DNA of 64,000 bases from a bacterium (lineage in GTDB: Bacteria > Fidelibacterota > Fidelibacteria > Fidelibacterales > Fidelibacteraceae): positions 64,001-128,000 of the forward strand of contig OY781066.1 of NCBI GenBank assembly GCA_963676395.1. The letters run 5' to 3'. Of the stretch, positions 20,643 through 32,028 are shown piece by piece (positions within the stretch are counted from its first letter, which is position 1; every line of letters starts with the position of its first letter). The position numbers and the translations under genes were made by a program. Under the pieces are notes generated by a model. It searched no databases. It was not told where the DNA came from and saw only the letters and a program-made list of their open reading frames with translations.

Positions 20643-21872
20643 TTAAAAATATGTTTGCACAATAAAATTAAACATCCACGCTTCATCACTCTGATATTTT
20701 ACTTGTGACCAAAGCGCTAAATTATCAAAAACATAAAATCCTGTTCTTAGGTCCAAACGATATGTTGTTTCTTTCGCTAATGTGTTCTGTACAGTTTTAA
20801 GATATAAGTAATCATCGAATCTGTCAAATATAGCTTTCTTTAAGGAATAGACTTCGGCATATGCCTCAAACCACTTAAATCTGTAATGCGCCTTCATACC
20901 ATATCGATATATTTCCCCAAATTCATGTGGTAACAATTCAATACCGTGAATTAACATATCAGTAAATGGCCCATAATGCCATCCAAATGCCAAATCTGAA
21001 GTATTAGCAAATAAATTTAGCTCCAATCCATTGTTAAAATATAAGTACAATTCATTTAGAATAAGATAATTATCATTTTTTAACCCTCTGTCATATGCAT
21101 CAATTTGAAATTCGTCCAAGTACAATTGAGATTGAAAATATGCATTAGGAGTAAAATTATATTTAAATTTAAAGGTAATAATAAAATTTTCATTATCTCC
21201 ACGATATCCATGAATAAATCTATCATAAGAATCAAGCATATTAAGGAAGTAAGGTAGAAAGGGGTTTGATTGCAGCAGATCAATTCCAGAACCATCACCT
21301 GTATAGATTGAAACCTCCCCTCCCTCAATTTCAATTTTTTTGTACTTCCATTTTAGGGCGTGATAATTGAGAATTCTATTAAATACAATTTTATTTGTAT
21401 CTTTTTCGGTAGGTAGAGATTCGATTGTATTTTCAAATGAAAAATTCAAAGGTAGATCCCATGTCCAATTAATTCCATCACCTGTCAATCTTTTGTCGTT
21501 CCATATAGTATTTTGTCTCATAGGATCTTGATCATAAAGATGTCGACCGAGATTTACATTCACTTTGTCATAGTTTAATTGAACTTCTCCCCTAAATGCT
21601 CTGCCGGAGATAAATATTGGAAAATTCTCCCGAACCAATACTGAGCCCAGATCATCTTTATTCGAAAATACACCACCATATGCAATTTTAACATTCTTAT
21701 TTACTTTGAATTCTTTTTCGAAATACAAATGGTAAGCATTATTTAATGAATAATTAATGGAAAACTGGAAATTCGTATTAGTTGTATCATCTCTCCAAGA
21801 ATTATTCGTAAAAGTAAGATCCTGAGAAAAAAGAAATGAAATCATGCAATATAATACTATAAGTTTTTTCAT
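20643..21872 (-). CDS. Putative outer-membrane beta-barrel (capsule assembly Wzi-like)
   Basis: Signal peptide, aromatic amphipathic strands, NPFLPY...DNENF...YLDEFQID segment, terminal Phe. Confidence 0.55.
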   Translation of the reverse strand: MKKLIVLYCMISFLFSQDLTFTNNSWRDDTTNTNFQFSINYSLNNAYHLYFEKEFKVNKNVKIAYGGVFSNKDDLGSVLVRENFPIFISGRAFRGEVQLNYDKVNVNLGRHLYDQDPMRQNTIWNDKRLTGDGINWTWDLPLNFSFENTIESLPTEKDTNKIVFNRILNYHALKWKYKKIEIEGGEVSIYTGDGSGIDLLQSNPFLPYFLNMLDSYDRFIHGYRGDNENFIITFKFKYNFTPNAYFQSQLYLDEFQIDAYDRGLKNDNYLILNELYLYFNNGLELNLFANTSDLAFGWHYGPFTDMLIHGIELLPHEFGEIYRYGMKAHYRFKWFEAYAEVYSLKKAIFDRFDDYLYLKTVQNTLAKETTYRLDLRTGFYVFDNLALWSQVKYQSDEAWMFNFIVQTYF

Positions 21873-23722
21873 TCACCTATTCCGGTATAAGTTGGAACAA
21901 TCTTTTTAATCATCTTTCTTATTTCAAGAGAATCATAAGTTTTTGCAACTTTAAGCATTTCCTGAATATTTTTATCTAGATTTTGTGGATATGAATCTTT
22001 TTTTGCTACAAAAATGCTTTCATGCTGAGTCATATTTGTGCCTTCTTCGGCATTCAGTAACTCTTCATATAGCTTTTCTCCGGGTTTCATACCGGTAAAA
22101 GCTATACTGATATCCTTATCAGGTTCTAAGCCGGATAGTCTAATTAAATCTCTTGCCATATCAACGATCTTTACCGGTTCACCCATATCAAGAACAAATA
22201 CAGCACCATTCTTATTTAAAGCTCCTGCTTGGAGGACAAGCTGCGAGGCTTCCGGTATGGTCATGAAATATCGTTTCATTTCTGGATGTGTAACAGTTAC
22301 AGGACCACCTCTCTCAATTTGTTCTTTAAAAATTGGAATGACTGAACCACGACTACCTAAAACATTTCCGAAGCGTACAGAAACATAATTTCGCCCATCA
22401 TTAATCTTTTTGGAAGCATCTTCCACAATGTACTCGGCAACACGCTTGGAAGCACCCATAACAGACGTTGGATTTATAGCTTTATCTGTAGAAATGTTTA
22501 CAAAAGTTTTAACATTTTCATCTAGACTCAGATCAACTAAATTTTTGGTACCAATAATATTATTTAATATAGCCTGACATGGATTACTTTCCATCAGATA
22601 AACGTGCTTATGGGCTGCAGCATGAAAGACAACATCCGGTTGGTGTTTTTGAAATACGAATTCCAAAGAAGTTTTATCTCGAACATCTGTAATAACAGGT
22701 ACTATATCGATATGCTGATATTCACGTGAAATCTCCCTATAGATCTCATGAATTGAATTTTCACCACGTCCAAGCAAAACAACCTTTTTGGGTAAAAAAG
22801 TGCAAATCTGTCTTACAATTTCAGATCCGATTGATCCACCTGCACCCGAAACGAGAATAGATTTCCCCTTTAAATATTCTTTAATCTTTGATTTATCCAA
22901 ATCGACAGGTTTACGTCGTAATAAATCCTCTACTTGGACTTCTCTTAACTGTGTAATCGCAACATTTCCGCTAATCACCTCATTAAAGGAGGGAATTGTG
23001 CGGCAATGGATATTCAACTCGTTTGCTTTATTAAGAATATTTCGTATTACAGTTCCACTGGCCACCGCCATGGCAATAATGATCTCATCAACTTCATTTT
23101 CATATACAATTTTTTCAATTTCGTCTATCTTGCCTAAAACCTGGACATTTGAGATTAATTGTTTTTGTTTGTTTGGATCATCATCAAGATATCCAATGGG
23201 TATCATGCCCATTTCAGGATATCTTAATATCTCTTTAGCAACCATACTACCCGAATCACCGGCACCAACAATTAATACTTTTTTCACTTTTTCAGAATAA
23301 TGATTGGTCCTTTTTTTTCGGGCATCGACATATTGAGCGCTCATTCTAATAAGAAGAAATACAATAATCGAAATCATTGCATCAATTAATGGAACTGATC
23401 TTGGGATAAAAATTCTACCCTGAACAATAATATAAAATGCAAAATATACAAAGGTCATATAAGCAATAGATATGATTGGAACCTTAAAATCTTGCATGCT
23501 TGTATATCGCCAAGAAATTTTGTGATGTTTATTTGCGATAATAAGAATAAATTTAATTGGAGCGATAACAACCATTACAATTGAAATATCATATAAATAA
23601 AGCGTAAAAGAGTTCTCTAATCTCATAATATATGATATGATTGTGATCAATGACCAACAGCAACCATCTATCAATACCTTCAATATCGCTCGATAATTTA
23701 TTTTATTATTTTTCATGTACAT
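21869..23722 (-). CDS. Membrane UDP-sugar 4,6-dehydratase (CapD/PglF/WbpM family)
   Basis: Four N-terminal TM helices, GAGGSIGSE, HAAAHKHV, STDKA, VRFGNVLGSRGS. Confidence 0.93.
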   Translation of the reverse strand: MYMKNNKINYRAILKVLIDGCCWSLITIISYIMRLENSFTLYLYDISIVMVVIAPIKFILIIANKHHKISWRYTSMQDFKVPIISIAYMTFVYFAFYIIVQGRIFIPRSVPLIDAMISIIVFLLIRMSAQYVDARKKRTNHYSEKVKKVLIVGAGDSGSMVAKEILRYPEMGMIPIGYLDDDPNKQKQLISNVQVLGKIDEIEKIVYENEVDEIIIAMAVASGTVIRNILNKANELNIHCRTIPSFNEVISGNVAITQLREVQVEDLLRRKPVDLDKSKIKEYLKGKSILVSGAGGSIGSEIVRQICTFLPKKVVLLGRGENSIHEIYREISREYQHIDIVPVITDVRDKTSLEFVFQKHQPDVVFHAAAHKHVYLMESNPCQAILNNIIGTKNLVDLSLDENVKTFVNISTDKAINPTSVMGASKRVAEYIVEDASKKINDGRNYVSVRFGNVLGSRGSVIPIFKEQIERGGPVTVTHPEMKRYFMTIPEASQLVLQAGALNKNGAVFVLDMGEPVKIVDMARDLIRLSGLEPDKDISIAFTGMKPGEKLYEELLNAEEGTNMTQHESIFVAKKDSYPQNLDKNIQEMLKVAKTYDSLEIRKMIKKIVPTYTGIGE

Positions 23723-23779
23723 ATTCTCAATATATTTATACCTTCATTTAACAACATTACATTTACTTTATAAAAGTAT

Positions 23780-24853
23780 TTATTTTTTTAATTGTTTTAA
23801 AGTCGAATCCGTCATAACAATAGGCTCAATATCAACATCTCTCAAAAAAATATAATCTTTTTTAAATTTAAATCGTTTATCAATGTTAATATCGTTAATT
23901 CTACCTTCAAGGATCTTTATACTATCATTTATAAGATCATAACCACATTCTGCCATAATTCCAGTATACGCCATATGTCTTGCATTAATCTCAGTTACCT
24001 TCAAGCTACCATTAACATCTTCTTTTAAATCAAAACTCAATACGGCATGTGGTATAACATCAATTTTATCACATACATATTTTGCACATTCTTCACAAAA
24101 TGCCAAAATATTATCATTATTAATAAATCTTCCATAAGCAGTATTACCAGTAACCTTAGATGGAACCATATCAGACATAACATATTCAACGCATTCCAAA
24201 GAAGCATTTTTTAATAGTTTTCCATTATAATAGAGCATTTGGTTAGCAAAATGTCTTCCAGGCAAAAATTCGCTCACCGTGAACTCTTTGATACTTTTAT
24301 TAATAAAAAGCCACGATTTTAAACTATCTGAATTTTCAATTTTAAGAGATCCTAAGCCCCCAGAACCAATAGTTGCTCTAATCCAACAAGGATAACCAAT
24401 TTTATCTACAATTTCATTAAATTTGGGTTCATCTTGTGTAATTTTAATTGTTTTGGGTATGTAATCTGTCCCCTCAAGAATTTCAGCCATTTTAGATTTA
24501 TCAATGAGTTTGTCAGCTAATTTTACAGGAGGTAATAATACATCACAGGGATACTTTCCAAATCTTTCATAATAATATCCCCATACCAATATTTCACTTT
24601 CAGGCTGCACAATTGCATAATCAATTTGCTCTTTAGCAATAATATCAATAATAAATTCCCAATACTCATTTTCGTTAGATTTTGGAGATATATAGTATTC
24701 ATCTACTAAATCATCTATAAAGAATCCTAATGCTTTATAGTTACAATCAGTACCAATTAATTTAGCATCTGGATGTATTTCCCTTAATCTTTTTGCTATT
24801 GATCTTGGTGTTAAACCACCAATTCCTGTAATCAAAATATTCGGTTTATTCAT
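23780..24853 (-). CDS. ATP-grasp ligase-like protein
   Basis: PQPESE, DKSKM, YPCWIR, GSGGLG, SEFLPG, FDLKE...TEINAR. Confidence 0.8.
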   Translation of the reverse strand: MNKPNILITGIGGLTPRSIAKRLREIHPDAKLIGTDCNYKALGFFIDDLVDEYYISPKSNENEYWEFIIDIIAKEQIDYAIVQPESEILVWGYYYERFGKYPCDVLLPPVKLADKLIDKSKMAEILEGTDYIPKTIKITQDEPKFNEIVDKIGYPCWIRATIGSGGLGSLKIENSDSLKSWLFINKSIKEFTVSEFLPGRHFANQMLYYNGKLLKNASLECVEYVMSDMVPSKVTGNTAYGRFINNDNILAFCEECAKYVCDKIDVIPHAVLSFDLKEDVNGSLKVTEINARHMAYTGIMAECGYDLINDSIKILEGRINDINIDKRFKFKKDYIFLRDVDIEPIVMTDSTLKQLKK

Positions 24854-25968
24854 AATTCCTCATTGTATTCATTATTTCTAGTGTTAGTATAAAACTTTTT
24901 TATTAGATGAACAACTTTCTTCATGTTTTTTAAATTGTATCTTTGATCACATACCAGAGAGATCTCTTTTAAATATAAATCTTGTGTAATATCAGATAAA
25001 TTGTGGAATGAACTGATAGGCCAGTGTATTGGACAATAAACATTATGCTTTACTAGGTATTCTCTTAATTGATTTCTATGATGTTTACTAACTATTATAG
25101 GAACAAATAGGGGGACATCTGTGGAAGTAACTTGTTTAAACGGTAAAACTACTTCACTGATATCTTTTAATTCATTAATTAAATATTTTGCATTTTCTTG
25201 TCTTTTTTTGGATATATAATAATAATCATTATTAAATAATCGATTTTTACCCTCATTACTCATTGCATAATCTATATAATTTTTTTCAAGCAATGAACTT
25301 GCATCACTAAATGCTTTAAAATAAAAGCCTTTTTCTTGAATTCTATTATTCATGTATTCTTGTTTTAATCTAAACCCTTGCATACGTAATTTAACATAAT
25401 TATCAAAGGCAAGGTTAGGATTTGGAAGAGAGAATTTTCCATTTGTTTTAAGTAAAATAGCACCGTCTGGGGTTGCATACCATTTTCGCATACTAGTGAA
25501 GTTATAATCAGCATTAGTTTTGATTGCTTCCTTTGTTAAAAAGGACTGAGTTGCATCATTAATAATTACAATATCATTCTTTTCGAATTTTGTATATACT
25601 TTTTGAGTATAACTATTATTAAAACCAAAATAATCAAGACAAATAACTGCATCAGCAACTGTTAATTTTTCAATATTACAATCAAATTCGTTATTAATAT
25701 CTAAAAACACATCATAAAACTTTACATCAATATTATTCTTAATAAAGGGTTTAATCATTGAGTCACAGCAGTATGAAGGGATTAGCACAGATTTAAATTT
25801 TCGTTCAGATTTAATATCTCGAACAATAATATCAAGAGCAGTTCTTCCGGACAATAGATATTTGGTATCGTAAGAATTGTTTATCCAACCAAAATCACTG
25901 GTAATTTTATTTGTGCTTAAATAGTCACAAAATTCACTGCCAATTTCATTTCTATTTTGATTTAACAT
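24850..25968 (-). CDS. DegT-like PLP-dependent enzyme (SxRK subtype)
   Basis: SGRTAL, PSYCC, DYFG, DATQS, FTSMRKW, YCPIHW, CDQRY. Confidence 0.75.
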   Translation of the reverse strand: MLNQNRNEIGSEFCDYLSTNKITSDFGWINNSYDTKYLLSGRTALDIIVRDIKSERKFKSVLIPSYCCDSMIKPFIKNNIDVKFYDVFLDINNEFDCNIEKLTVADAVICLDYFGFNNSYTQKVYTKFEKNDIVIINDATQSFLTKEAIKTNADYNFTSMRKWYATPDGAILLKTNGKFSLPNPNLAFDNYVKLRMQGFRLKQEYMNNRIQEKGFYFKAFSDASSLLEKNYIDYAMSNEGKNRLFNNDYYYISKKRQENAKYLINELKDISEVVLPFKQVTSTDVPLFVPIIVSKHHRNQLREYLVKHNVYCPIHWPISSFHNLSDITQDLYLKEISLVCDQRYNLKNMKKVVHLIKKFYTNTRNNEYNEEL

Positions 25969-25969
25969 T

Positions 25970-26599
25970 TTATTTATTTTTCATCATTTGTTGTTTACGA
26001 TAAACATCAAAATTTCCAGGAGAATCTACTCCAGTAGATGAAACATCTTTACGTGACAATACATTATGGATTGTTTTAAAAAATATTTTGACATCTAATA
26101 TAAAACTTAACTCGTTAACATATTTAATATCATATTTTAATTTATCATCCCAATTTAGTCTGTTGCGACCTTCTGATTGAGCTAACCCAGTCATACCCGG
26201 TAACACACTATGTCTAATTTTTTCTTCTACATTATAAAAAGGTAGATATTTTTCGGGCAAAGGTCTCGGACCGATTAAACTCATTTTTCCACTTATTATA
26301 TTTAACAATTGTGGTAACTCATCCAAAGAAGTTTTCCTAAGAAATCGTCCTATTCCTGTAACGCGTTTTTTATCTGGAAGTTTATTCCCATGAATATCAA
26401 CAATATCCTTCATGGTTTTAAATTTTAATATTGAAAACACTTTCTCATTTTTACCAACTCTAATTTGTCTGAAAAATGGTTTACCTTTATTTACGATTAA
26501 AAGAATTATCATAATTAATAGAAATATCGGAAGAATAATAAAAAATGCAACTAAAGATAACGTATAATCAAAAACTCTTTTAAAAAATAATTTATACAT
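25970..26599 (-). CDS. Initiating phosphoglycosyltransferase (PglC family)
   Basis: KRVFD, KFKTM, LRKTSLDELPQL, GPRP, PGMTGLAQ. Confidence 0.93.
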   Translation of the reverse strand: MYKLFFKRVFDYTLSLVAFFIILPIFLLIMIILLIVNKGKPFFRQIRVGKNEKVFSILKFKTMKDIVDIHGNKLPDKKRVTGIGRFLRKTSLDELPQLLNIISGKMSLIGPRPLPEKYLPFYNVEEKIRHSVLPGMTGLAQSEGRNRLNWDDKLKYDIKYVNELSFILDVKIFFKTIHNVLSRKDVSSTGVDSPGNFDVYRKQQMMKNK

Positions 26600-27269
26600 C
26601 TTCTCTATCTTTTATTTTTCCGGGGTTACCATAAACTATTTGCTCATTATTCAAATCTGATAATAAATTTGTATTCATGCCAACAATATTATAATCACCG
26701 ATCTCAGCAAAATTCCTAAGGCTTGAATTTAAACCAAAAAAATTACCATTTCCTATCTTAAGATTACTACCTATGCATACCTGAGCAGCGCAAAAGTTGT
26801 TGTTACCAATAGATGTATCATGCCCTATTAAAGTACCAGCATTAAACGTATTATTTTTACCAATTAATGCATTTGAATTAACAATAGTATTTGCTAAAAA
26901 AACATTTCCTGGACCATATTGAACACTTCTTAACATAGTTACTGTTGGATGAATAAAAGTGTACATCTTATTATCCGGAATTTTAAAACTATCTAATAAC
27001 TCTGTTCTCAATTTTATTAAATCATGCCGATATAAAGAATAAATAAATTTCACATCATCAAAATGGCCATATTCCTTATATGCATTATACGTTTTACATA
27101 GTAATGGAAAATCATTAATTGTATCTCCCATTGTTTCATCATCAAATGCAAAACCTAATAATTCAACATTTTTATTAAATTTTTCCGCCGCATCATATAT
27201 TTGCTCGGCAATGATAACAGCTGTTCCGCGACCACCAATTATTATTATCTTTTCTTTATTATTTTTCAT
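26592..27269 (-). CDS. PglD/NeuD-like left-handed beta-helix acyltransferase
   Basis: N-terminal Rossmann-like domain, IHP, hexapeptide repeats, IGHDT, GNPG. Confidence 0.85.
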   Translation of the reverse strand: MKNNKEKIIIIGGRGTAVIIAEQIYDAAEKFNKNVELLGFAFDDETMGDTINDFPLLCKTYNAYKEYGHFDDVKFIYSLYRHDLIKLRTELLDSFKIPDNKMYTFIHPTVTMLRSVQYGPGNVFLANTIVNSNALIGKNNTFNAGTLIGHDTSIGNNNFCAAQVCIGSNLKIGNGNFFGLNSSLRNFAEIGDYNIVGMNTNLLSDLNNEQIVYGNPGKIKDREDV

Positions 27270-27296
27270 ATTACACCTAATATCATTTATTAATAT

Positions 27297-28541
27297 TTAT
27301 AATGATTCTATTATTTTATACAATTGCATTCCAGTTACCTTAGAATCAAATTTCAAAGAGCATTCTTTTACTCGTTTACACATTTTATCATAATCAGATT
27401 TCTGAAGCTTATATATTTTCTTTATCGCATCAGCATATTCTTGTGAAGTTTGTATCTGATCAGATATTCCCAGATTATGCTTATGAATGACACAATAGTT
27501 TGCTCTTACATTTGCACATATCGGTTTCCCAGAGGCTAAATATTGATATAATTTACCAGAACTTACTCCAAAAAGACCTGCCCCTTGCTGATAATTAATA
27601 ATATTCAAAGAACTTTTGGATAGTAGATAAGGTACATACTTTAAGGGTATCCATTCCTCTTTAAAAACAACATTATTTAGGCCTGAGTTAATACAATACT
27701 CTTCTAAGGATTTTCTCTCATTCCCATTCCCATATATTAACAATTTAATATTAGCTTCATGTTTTAAAATTTCAAATGCTTTTATTAGTCTTTCTAAATT
27801 ATTTACTTTTTTTATTGAACCAATATATATCACTTTAAAATATTTATCATCAATCAAATCAGGGTCGTCTAACTTATATTTTTCTATATTTTTATTATAT
27901 TCATCAAGATCAAGTCCATTAGAAACATGATAAACTTTATTTAAATCAATCGGACCTCCGTTCTCTATATCCCATTTATGACCTCTAATATAATCTTTTC
28001 CTCCTTCCATACTAAAAATAACCTTGTCGGCTTTCATGTATATTCTTTTTTCTATTAGATATGCAATCTTAACAAAAATATTTTTCTCACTTACAAGACC
28101 AAACCGAACAAATGAATTTGGCCATAAATCCCACACCTCTGCAATATATTTAACATTTAACTTTTTTGCACATAAATACACCAAGTAGTCAAAGGGCACA
28201 TGTATGTTATGAAGAATTACATCAGGTTTTTTAATTTTTTTTGCATACTTAAAAATATTAAATGAAAAACCAAATATTGAAATCATTCTTTGTATTCCAT
28301 TACCTTCATATTTTCTTGTTTTGATATGAATATAATCCAATCCTTCATATTCTTTTTCAACAAAGTGTAATGACTCATCATCGATATAATCAACTTTTTT
28401 TCTTTGAGAGTAACTTGCATTGACAATTACAACATCATAACCTTGACTTTTAAGATATCTGGCAGACATAATATGCCTCGGATTTGAAATAAACTTAGGT
28501 ATTGGTGTATAATAATTAACAATCCAAATGCGTTTTCTCAT
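27297..28541 (-). CDS. Glycosyltransferase family 4 (WbuB-like)
   Basis: EVWDLWP, YIGSI, SGKLYQYLASGKP. Confidence 0.88.
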   Translation of the reverse strand: MRKRIWIVNYYTPIPKFISNPRHIMSARYLKSQGYDVVIVNASYSQRKKVDYIDDESLHFVEKEYEGLDYIHIKTRKYEGNGIQRMISIFGFSFNIFKYAKKIKKPDVILHNIHVPFDYLVYLCAKKLNVKYIAEVWDLWPNSFVRFGLVSEKNIFVKIAYLIEKRIYMKADKVIFSMEGGKDYIRGHKWDIENGGPIDLNKVYHVSNGLDLDEYNKNIEKYKLDDPDLIDDKYFKVIYIGSIKKVNNLERLIKAFEILKHEANIKLLIYGNGNERKSLEEYCINSGLNNVVFKEEWIPLKYVPYLLSKSSLNIINYQQGAGLFGVSSGKLYQYLASGKPICANVRANYCVIHKHNLGISDQIQTSQEYADAIKKIYKLQKSDYDKMCKRVKECSLKFDSKVTGMQLYKIIESL

Positions 28542-28573
28542 CTTTAATATATTTCCTTTTTATTTGTTAAGTT

Positions 28574-29710
28574 TCATGTTATTATTTTACTTATTTTATT
28601 ATTATATATTTTAAATTGGGTCGACCAGTTATATTTTTCTAATACAGCTCTTCGACCATTTTGTCCCATATTATAGGCTTCACTTTTATTATCCATTAAA
28701 TATTTAACCGCTATTCCAATCTTTTTCTCATCATTGGGGTCAACACATATACCGCATTTATATTTATCTATTATTTCTCTCCATAACGGGACATCAGAAC
28801 AAATCACAGGCAATCCAGCTTCCATATATTCAAATAATTTAAGTACTCCCAATGATCCTTCTTTTGTTCCTGTTTGAGAAAAATCTCTTAGTGAGTTACC
28901 GATTGTCGCCATACTCATAATGTTATTCATATTTTCTCTTTTAAAACCATCAATAAACTTGACTTTATGCCAATTCTTATGCATTTCTAATTCATTACGA
29001 TATTTACCATAAAATCTTCCGGCAATCACATATTCAATATCTTTCATTTCACCCAATAAATTTAACAATAACTCTTGCCTGCTTATTCGGTATATAGTGC
29101 CAATATACAATAAACTATTATTACGTTGTAAATATTCTTCGTAAGACATATTTTTCTTGTCGGATAATATGGGATAATTTGTAACCATAATTGTATTTTT
29201 ACATTTACACTGTACTTTTAAAAATTCTACCAAGTTAGGTGTAACAGATATTTGCATATCATATTTTTTAAGGCTTTGCCTCATTAAAAATGTAATATAT
29301 TTGGAAATTATTGGTCTAATTATTTGGGGTATATAAGTTTTTTTTAGTATTAATTCGGGATAATCCTCTCTCATATCGAAAATTATCTTTTTGTTAAGTC
29401 GTTTTTTGATTTTTAAACCTAAACGAATTAATTCGGGTTCAGATATTTGATATACATCAGCATCGATGTTTTTTGCAATTTTATATAAATCGTTTTTATT
29501 AAAAAGCATTCTAAACAAACGATTTTTAAATTTTCGACCTGTAGAAATAAAATTTATCCCAAATTTTTCAAAATTTTCTAATTCATCACTTAACACATAA
29601 AATACATCATAACCAGCATTATGCATTGAAATTGCTTGTCGATAAACTATTCTGGAATCCTTTCTTGTAAAAGAACTTCCAAGGTAACAAATTGTATTAT
29701 TCTTAATCAC
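28574..29710 (-). CDS. Glycosyltransferase family 4
   Basis: DSRIV, KLFEYMEAGLPVICSD, MGQNGR...YNW. Confidence 0.88.
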   Translation of the reverse strand: MIKNNTICYLGSSFTRKDSRIVYRQAISMHNAGYDVFYVLSDELENFEKFGINFISTGRKFKNRLFRMLFNKNDLYKIAKNIDADVYQISEPELIRLGLKIKKRLNKKIIFDMREDYPELILKKTYIPQIIRPIISKYITFLMRQSLKKYDMQISVTPNLVEFLKVQCKCKNTIMVTNYPILSDKKNMSYEEYLQRNNSLLYIGTIYRISRQELLLNLLGEMKDIEYVIAGRFYGKYRNELEMHKNWHKVKFIDGFKRENMNNIMSMATIGNSLRDFSQTGTKEGSLGVLKLFEYMEAGLPVICSDVPLWREIIDKYKCGICVDPNDEKKIGIAVKYLMDNKSEAYNMGQNGRRAVLEKYNWSTQFKIYNNKISKIIT

Positions 29711-29711
29711 A

Positions 29712-30809
29712 CTAATGACCTTTATTTAAATATATTTTATATGGAATAAATACATTCTTCCTTTGTAAGGAACCACCATTATAGTTTGATAATGTAAATT
29801 GCATAAAATAAAATAATAATAAAAAAGAAATTATTGATGTTTTTATCAAAAACTTTAATCTATTATTTTTAATATAATAGGGAACTAACAGAATAATTAT
29901 CATAAGAAAATATCGGGATAATCTTGTTGAAAGTACAGCATGATAAGAAAACATTTGCATAATAATACACGAAACATTAAAGATTGTTATATATCGCGAT
30001 ATTCTAATTTTTTCATTTTTATCAACAACTCCATTATTCACAATAATGTTATAAAACACAAGGTTTATTACATTAATTGCATTAAAAATTATTGGTAATA
30101 TATTAAATGCTTGCCCAAAGCCTAAATTAACATATCGTGTGTATTTTTCCATAAATGAAAGATTCCCAAGAAGAGGAATTAAACCAATAATAATATTAGA
30201 GAAGAAGAAAAATACTATATATAATATTACATTATTTATCCGATTAATTTTGACATAATATAAAGGAATAAACAAAATTGCAATAAGGGACGATTGATGC
30301 ACTAAAAAAGATAAAGTTAAAATAATAATATACTTAAAGGGCTTTTTATTTTCTAAAAAGGATAACCCCCAGAATATCATTGACATAGCCAATGCATATC
30401 TTACTGTAGATAAACTACTTAAATACAATACCGGTATACAAATATAAACCAAATACGAGTATTTAGGATTTATTGACATTTTTTTAATACCCCAATTAGT
30501 AAACAGTACTGTAAAAAAAGCATTGACCATAAAAAACAATTGAGGATATTCAAGTTTTTGACATATATAAATTAAAAATCGTTCAAATAACTCAAAATCT
30601 TCTACCAATGAAGTATTATATTTTATTGCATTATAATAATTCCAATAATCCCAAGCAAGATCATACCTCATGCCTGCAAACAACATCAGGGTAAATGACA
30701 CTAAAAAAAATGCCTTTTTATTATCTAAATACTGAAATGAAAAAGCAGAAATAATGACTAAAAAATAATACGGTATAATATCAATAAAAAATTGTGAGTC
30801 AAGCACCAT
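29712..30809 (-). CDS. wzy: Polysaccharide polymerase Wzy (EpsG family)
   Basis: About 10 TM helices; GMRYD..WD..NY, R.ALA, VHQSS. Confidence 0.85.
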   Translation of the reverse strand: MVLDSQFFIDIIPYYFLVIISAFSFQYLDNKKAFFLVSFTLMLFAGMRYDLAWDYWNYYNAIKYNTSLVEDFELFERFLIYICQKLEYPQLFFMVNAFFTVLFTNWGIKKMSINPKYSYLVYICIPVLYLSSLSTVRYALAMSMIFWGLSFLENKKPFKYIIILTLSFLVHQSSLIAILFIPLYYVKINRINNVILYIVFFFFSNIIIGLIPLLGNLSFMEKYTRYVNLGFGQAFNILPIIFNAINVINLVFYNIIVNNGVVDKNEKIRISRYITIFNVSCIIMQMFSYHAVLSTRLSRYFLMIIILLVPYYIKNNRLKFLIKTSIISFLLLFYFMQFTLSNYNGGSLQRKNVFIPYKIYLNKGH

Positions 30810-30875
30810 TTTGTTCTATCCTATGTGAAAATGATATGTTTAAATTCATTTTAAGAATAATTAATTCACCTCTAA

Positions 30876-32000
30876 TCATTTATCTTTATACTCACTCAAT
30901 ATGTGTGAAACTTTTTCACTATCACTTAAAGACATCACAGGACTAATAGGTAAACTTAAAACTTCATTATGAATCATTTCAGTTATATTATAATGATTAT
31001 CACTTAATTCTGAATACGCTTTTTGTTTATGTGGAGGGATAGGATAATGTATTATTGTTTCAACATTATTATTATTTAAATAAGCTCGCAACTTATCTCT
31101 TGATTTAACCCTTACTACAAATAAATGCCAAACATGTTCTTTATATTCATAAATTTTATTTAAATTCGGTACTGTGGTTAAAGTAATTTCATCATTTTTT
31201 ATATTACTATAATACATTTGAGCTATTTTTCGTCTGTTTTGGTTATCGTCATCTAAACCCTTTAACTTAACTCTTAGTATGGCAGCCTGAAATTCATCTA
31301 ACCTTGAATTCACTCCCTTGTATACATGTTCGTATTTTTTACTAGATCCGTAATTTGATAAGGCTTTAATTACCATAGCAAGATTATCATCGTTTGTTGT
31401 AACCGCTCCCCCATCACCCATGCAACCGAGATTCTTTCCAGGATAAAAACTATGACCTGCGACATCTGCTAAAGCACCCGTTTTTTTACCGGAATATTCG
31501 GCACCAATTGCCTGAGCATTATCTTCGATCAGTTTAAGATTATATTTATCACATAAAGTTTGGATTTTTGGATCATATGCAACCTTTCCATACAAATGTA
31601 CGATCATAATGGCTCGGGTATGCTTAGATATCTTTTCTTCAATCTTGCTTGGATCAATGTTATATGTATCCGGATCGGGTTCTACCAGAACAGGTTTAAG
31701 CTTATTGTCAGTTATCGCAAGAATGCTCGCAATAAAGGTATTTGCAGGAACAATGATCTCATCTCCTTCTTGCATAATTCCTAATTGTATATATGCACGA
31801 AAAATTAAGCGTAATGCATCCAATCCATTTCCAACACCAATACAATGATTTACTCCAATATACTTTGAATACTCTATCTCAAATTGTTTTAATTCATTTC
31901 CTAATATATACCAACCGGATTCAATAACCCTATTTACAGCTAAACTTAACTCTGGTTCATAACTTTGATTAATTTGTTTAAGATCAAGAAATTTTATCAT
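30876..32000 (-). CDS. fdtB: dTDP-3-amino-3,6-dideoxyhexose aminotransferase (FdtB/QdtB-like)
   Basis: [32 protein letters not shown]; same locus as fdtA/fdtC. Confidence 0.8.
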   Translation of the reverse strand: MIKFLDLKQINQSYEPELSLAVNRVIESGWYILGNELKQFEIEYSKYIGVNHCIGVGNGLDALRLIFRAYIQLGIMQEGDEIIVPANTFIASILAITDNKLKPVLVEPDPDTYNIDPSKIEEKISKHTRAIMIVHLYGKVAYDPKIQTLCDKYNLKLIEDNAQAIGAEYSGKKTGALADVAGHSFYPGKNLGCMGDGGAVTTNDDNLAMVIKALSNYGSSKKYEHVYKGVNSRLDEFQAAILRVKLKGLDDDNQNRRKIAQMYYSNIKNDEITLTTVPNLNKIYEYKEHVWHLFVVRVKSRDKLRAYLNNNNVETIIHYPIPPHKQKAYSELSDNHYNITEMIHNEVLSLPISPVMSLSDSEKVSHILSEYKDK

Positions 32001-32028
32001 TTCACTTACCTTTTATAATTCTTAAATA

